A stretch of 64,000 nucleotides of DNA from an uncultured candidatus Porisulfidus sp. Its GTDB lineage: Bacteria > Pseudomonadota > Gammaproteobacteria > Poriferisulfidales > Poriferisulfidaceae. The DNA lies in the NCBI GenBank assembly GCA_965116025.1, contig OZ220480.1, positions 384,001 to 448,000 of the forward strand. Direction: 5' to 3'. Both the position numbers and the translations under genes were made by a program. How positions within the stretch are numbered: position 1 is the stretch's first letter; every line of letters starts with the position of its first letter. The notes under the pieces are model-generated. The model did not search any database and was not told the DNA's origin. It saw only the letters and a program-made list of their open reading frames with translations. Below are positions 62,284 to 64,000 of the stretch, one piece after another.

Positions 62284-63187
62284 AGCGCTCCCTCATCTCC
62301 TCCAGCGACAGGGTATGGTTTTGCGCGCCCTGGCGTCGCGCCTTGCAGGCCCCCATCAGGGAACCGACCCGCCCACAAGTTCCCCAATCCATGTCGCTCA
62401 GGATGCCGTACAGCAAACCGGCCCGATAGGCATCGCCGCACCCTGTCGGATCCACGTCCTCTTCCACCGGCACCGCCGGGATCTCGAGAATCGGCTTTCC
62501 TTCGCGGTAGATGCGGGAGCCCTGCTCGGAGTGCGTCACGACGACCGCGTCCAGCCGTTCCGCCAGCTTCTCGATCGTCAATCCGCTTTTCTCCCGCATC
62601 ATCTCGGCCTCGAAGCCATTGAACGCGGCCCAAGTCGCCAGTTCCACGAACCGCAGGAGATCCTCTTTCTGGAACATTGGCATCCCTTGGCCGGGGTCGA
62701 AAAGAAAGGGCATGCCCCGATCCGACATCTGCTCGGCGTGCTGGATCATCCCCACGCGGCCCTCTGGAGAGATCAGGCCCAGCCGAACGTCGGCCGGATC
62801 CACTTCCTGCTCGTGGCAGAAATCCATCGCGCCGGGATGGAACAGGGTGATCTGGTTGTCGTCCAGGTCCGTCGAGATGAACGCTTGGGACGTGAACATG
62901 CTTTCCAAAGTCTTCACTCGGCTTCGCGAGACCCCCTTTTGATCCATCCACGTGGCGTAGTCCTGGAAGTCCCGGCCCACCGTCGCCATCGGATAGCCCG
63001 TCACGCCCAAGAGATTCAGGTTGTAGGCGATATTCCCGGCGCATCCCCCGAATTCGCGACGCATGTGGGCGGCCAAGAACGAGACGTTCAGGTGGTCCGC
63101 CGCTTCTGGGAGAATGTTCTCCCGGAAGCGACCATCGAACCGCATGATGGTGTCGTAGGCCAGAGAGCCGCAGATCAGGACGGACAT
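62252..63187 (-). CDS. PfkB-family carbohydrate/nucleoside kinase (adenosine kinase-like)
   Basis: GSLAYD.IM, GGCAGNIAY, FDPGQ, DPTGCGDAYRAG. Confidence 0.9.
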   Translation of the reverse strand: MSVLICGSLAYDTIMRFDGRFRENILPEAADHLNVSFLAAHMRREFGGCAGNIAYNLNLLGVTGYPMATVGRDFQDYATWMDQKGVSRSRVKTLESMFTSQAFISTDLDDNQITLFHPGAMDFCHEQEVDPADVRLGLISPEGRVGMIQHAEQMSDRGMPFLFDPGQGMPMFQKEDLLRFVELATWAAFNGFEAEMMREKSGLTIEKLAERLDAVVVTHSEQGSRIYREGKPILEIPAVPVEEDVDPTGCGDAYRAGLLYGILSDMDWGTCGRVGSLMGACKARRQGAQNHTLSLEEMRERFKEAFGYSPE

Positions 63188-63272
63188 GGAATGATTAGAA
63201 TTCCGGCGAAGCCGGGGCAATTATAGAGAAGCCCGTTCCTCACGGTCTCAGATCCTCGCGATAGCGCGCGGG

Positions 63273-64000
63273 CTATCGACTCCCCGACACGAACCCGCCG
63301 GTTCGCTCGATTTTCCAACTGTAATACCCAAGCGTCGCGCCGCGCGCGACCATGAAGCCGATCAACGCCAGCCACAAGCCGTGATTTTCCAGACTCTCCG
63401 CCGTCGCGAACCAAAGAGACAGATACGCCAGAATCGAGAGGACCATGCTGTCGCGGATCTCTCGAGTTCGCGTGGCGCCGATGAACAGGCCGTCCAGCAG
63501 AAAGGGTGGAAGACAGAACGCGGGCAACGCGATCAGCCAGGGAAGATACAGAGCCGCCGCGTCCCGAACGTCGGGCAGTGAGGTGAGCCAGCCGATCAGG
63601 ATCGCCCCGGCTGTCGCGAAAATCCCGACCAGCAGAACCCCGATCAGCGCGCACCAGAGCGACGCGGCCACGACGACGCGCTCAAGCCGTCGTCGATCTC
63701 GCGTTCCGACGGCCTGGCCGCAAAGCGCCTCCAGACCATGGGCGAAGCCGTCCATGCCATAGGCCGTGATGTAGAAGAAGTTGATGAGCACGGCGTTGGC
63801 GGCCAGCGTGACCGCCCCGAAACTCGCCCCCTGAGCCATGAAGAACGCGAAGGCGAAGAGCAGCAGAACCGTGCGCGCGAACAGATGATGGTTGACCGTG
63901 AACAGCTTTTTCCATGCTGGCGCGCTCCACAAGTCGCGCCGCGTCATCCGCGGCATCGGCCGGAGCATGCGCCACAGGATCCAAGCGCCCAGGAGCGCGC
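63273..64000 (-). CDS. MATE family efflux protein (DinF-like), 3' part
   Basis: LF.RT, LAANAVL, DGFA...E...G, DGLFIGAT, NHGLWLAL; continues past the right edge. Confidence 0.88.
   Translation of the reverse strand, partial: ALLGAWILWRMLRPMPRMTRRDLWSAPAWKKLFTVNHHLFARTVLLLFAFAFFMAQGASFGAVTLAANAVLINFFYITAYGMDGFAHGLEALCGQAVGTRDRRRLERVVVAASLWCALIGVLLVGIFATAGAILIGWLTSLPDVRDAAALYLPWLIALPAFCLPPFLLDGLFIGATRTREIRDSMVLSILAYLSLWFATAESLENHGLWLALIGFMVARGATLGYYSWKIERTGGFVSGSR

Overview
GC-rich gammaproteobacterial chromosome segment. FN3, RTX and autotransporter surface genes, several restriction-modification loci and local gene decay suggest a host-associated lineage (inference only). The housekeeping backbone is dgt-aroB-aroK/mrcA, def-fmt, ntrY/ntrX-like-trkA-trkH, an LpxL-family acyltransferase, pip, hspQ, yrfG, cysQ, argS-SPOR, tyrS, M23 peptidase-anmK, erpA, argC, hemJ and five tRNAs. 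Accessory DNA comprises an FN3 adhesin, a type I secretion ABC/MFP pair, two RTX proteins, two paralogous autotransporters, a type II R-M pair, an EcoRV-like methylase with a decayed nuclease, a type III res-mod pair, a complete 2.4-kb IS and a bufferin-type DUF2282/DUF692/DUF2063 cluster. The strongest signal is four long G/C homopolymers (18, 25, 26 and 23 nt), all in surface or secretion genes. Three lie in signal-peptide coding regions: the FN3 gene reads in frame and both autotransporters are one base out of frame. The fourth lies at the ABC/MFP junction, where each reading frame ends at a different position relative to the MFP start codons. This looks like a slipped-strand phase-variation repertoire, possibly including a translational-coupling switch. 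Homopolymer lengths could be assembly errors, so read-level data are needed.
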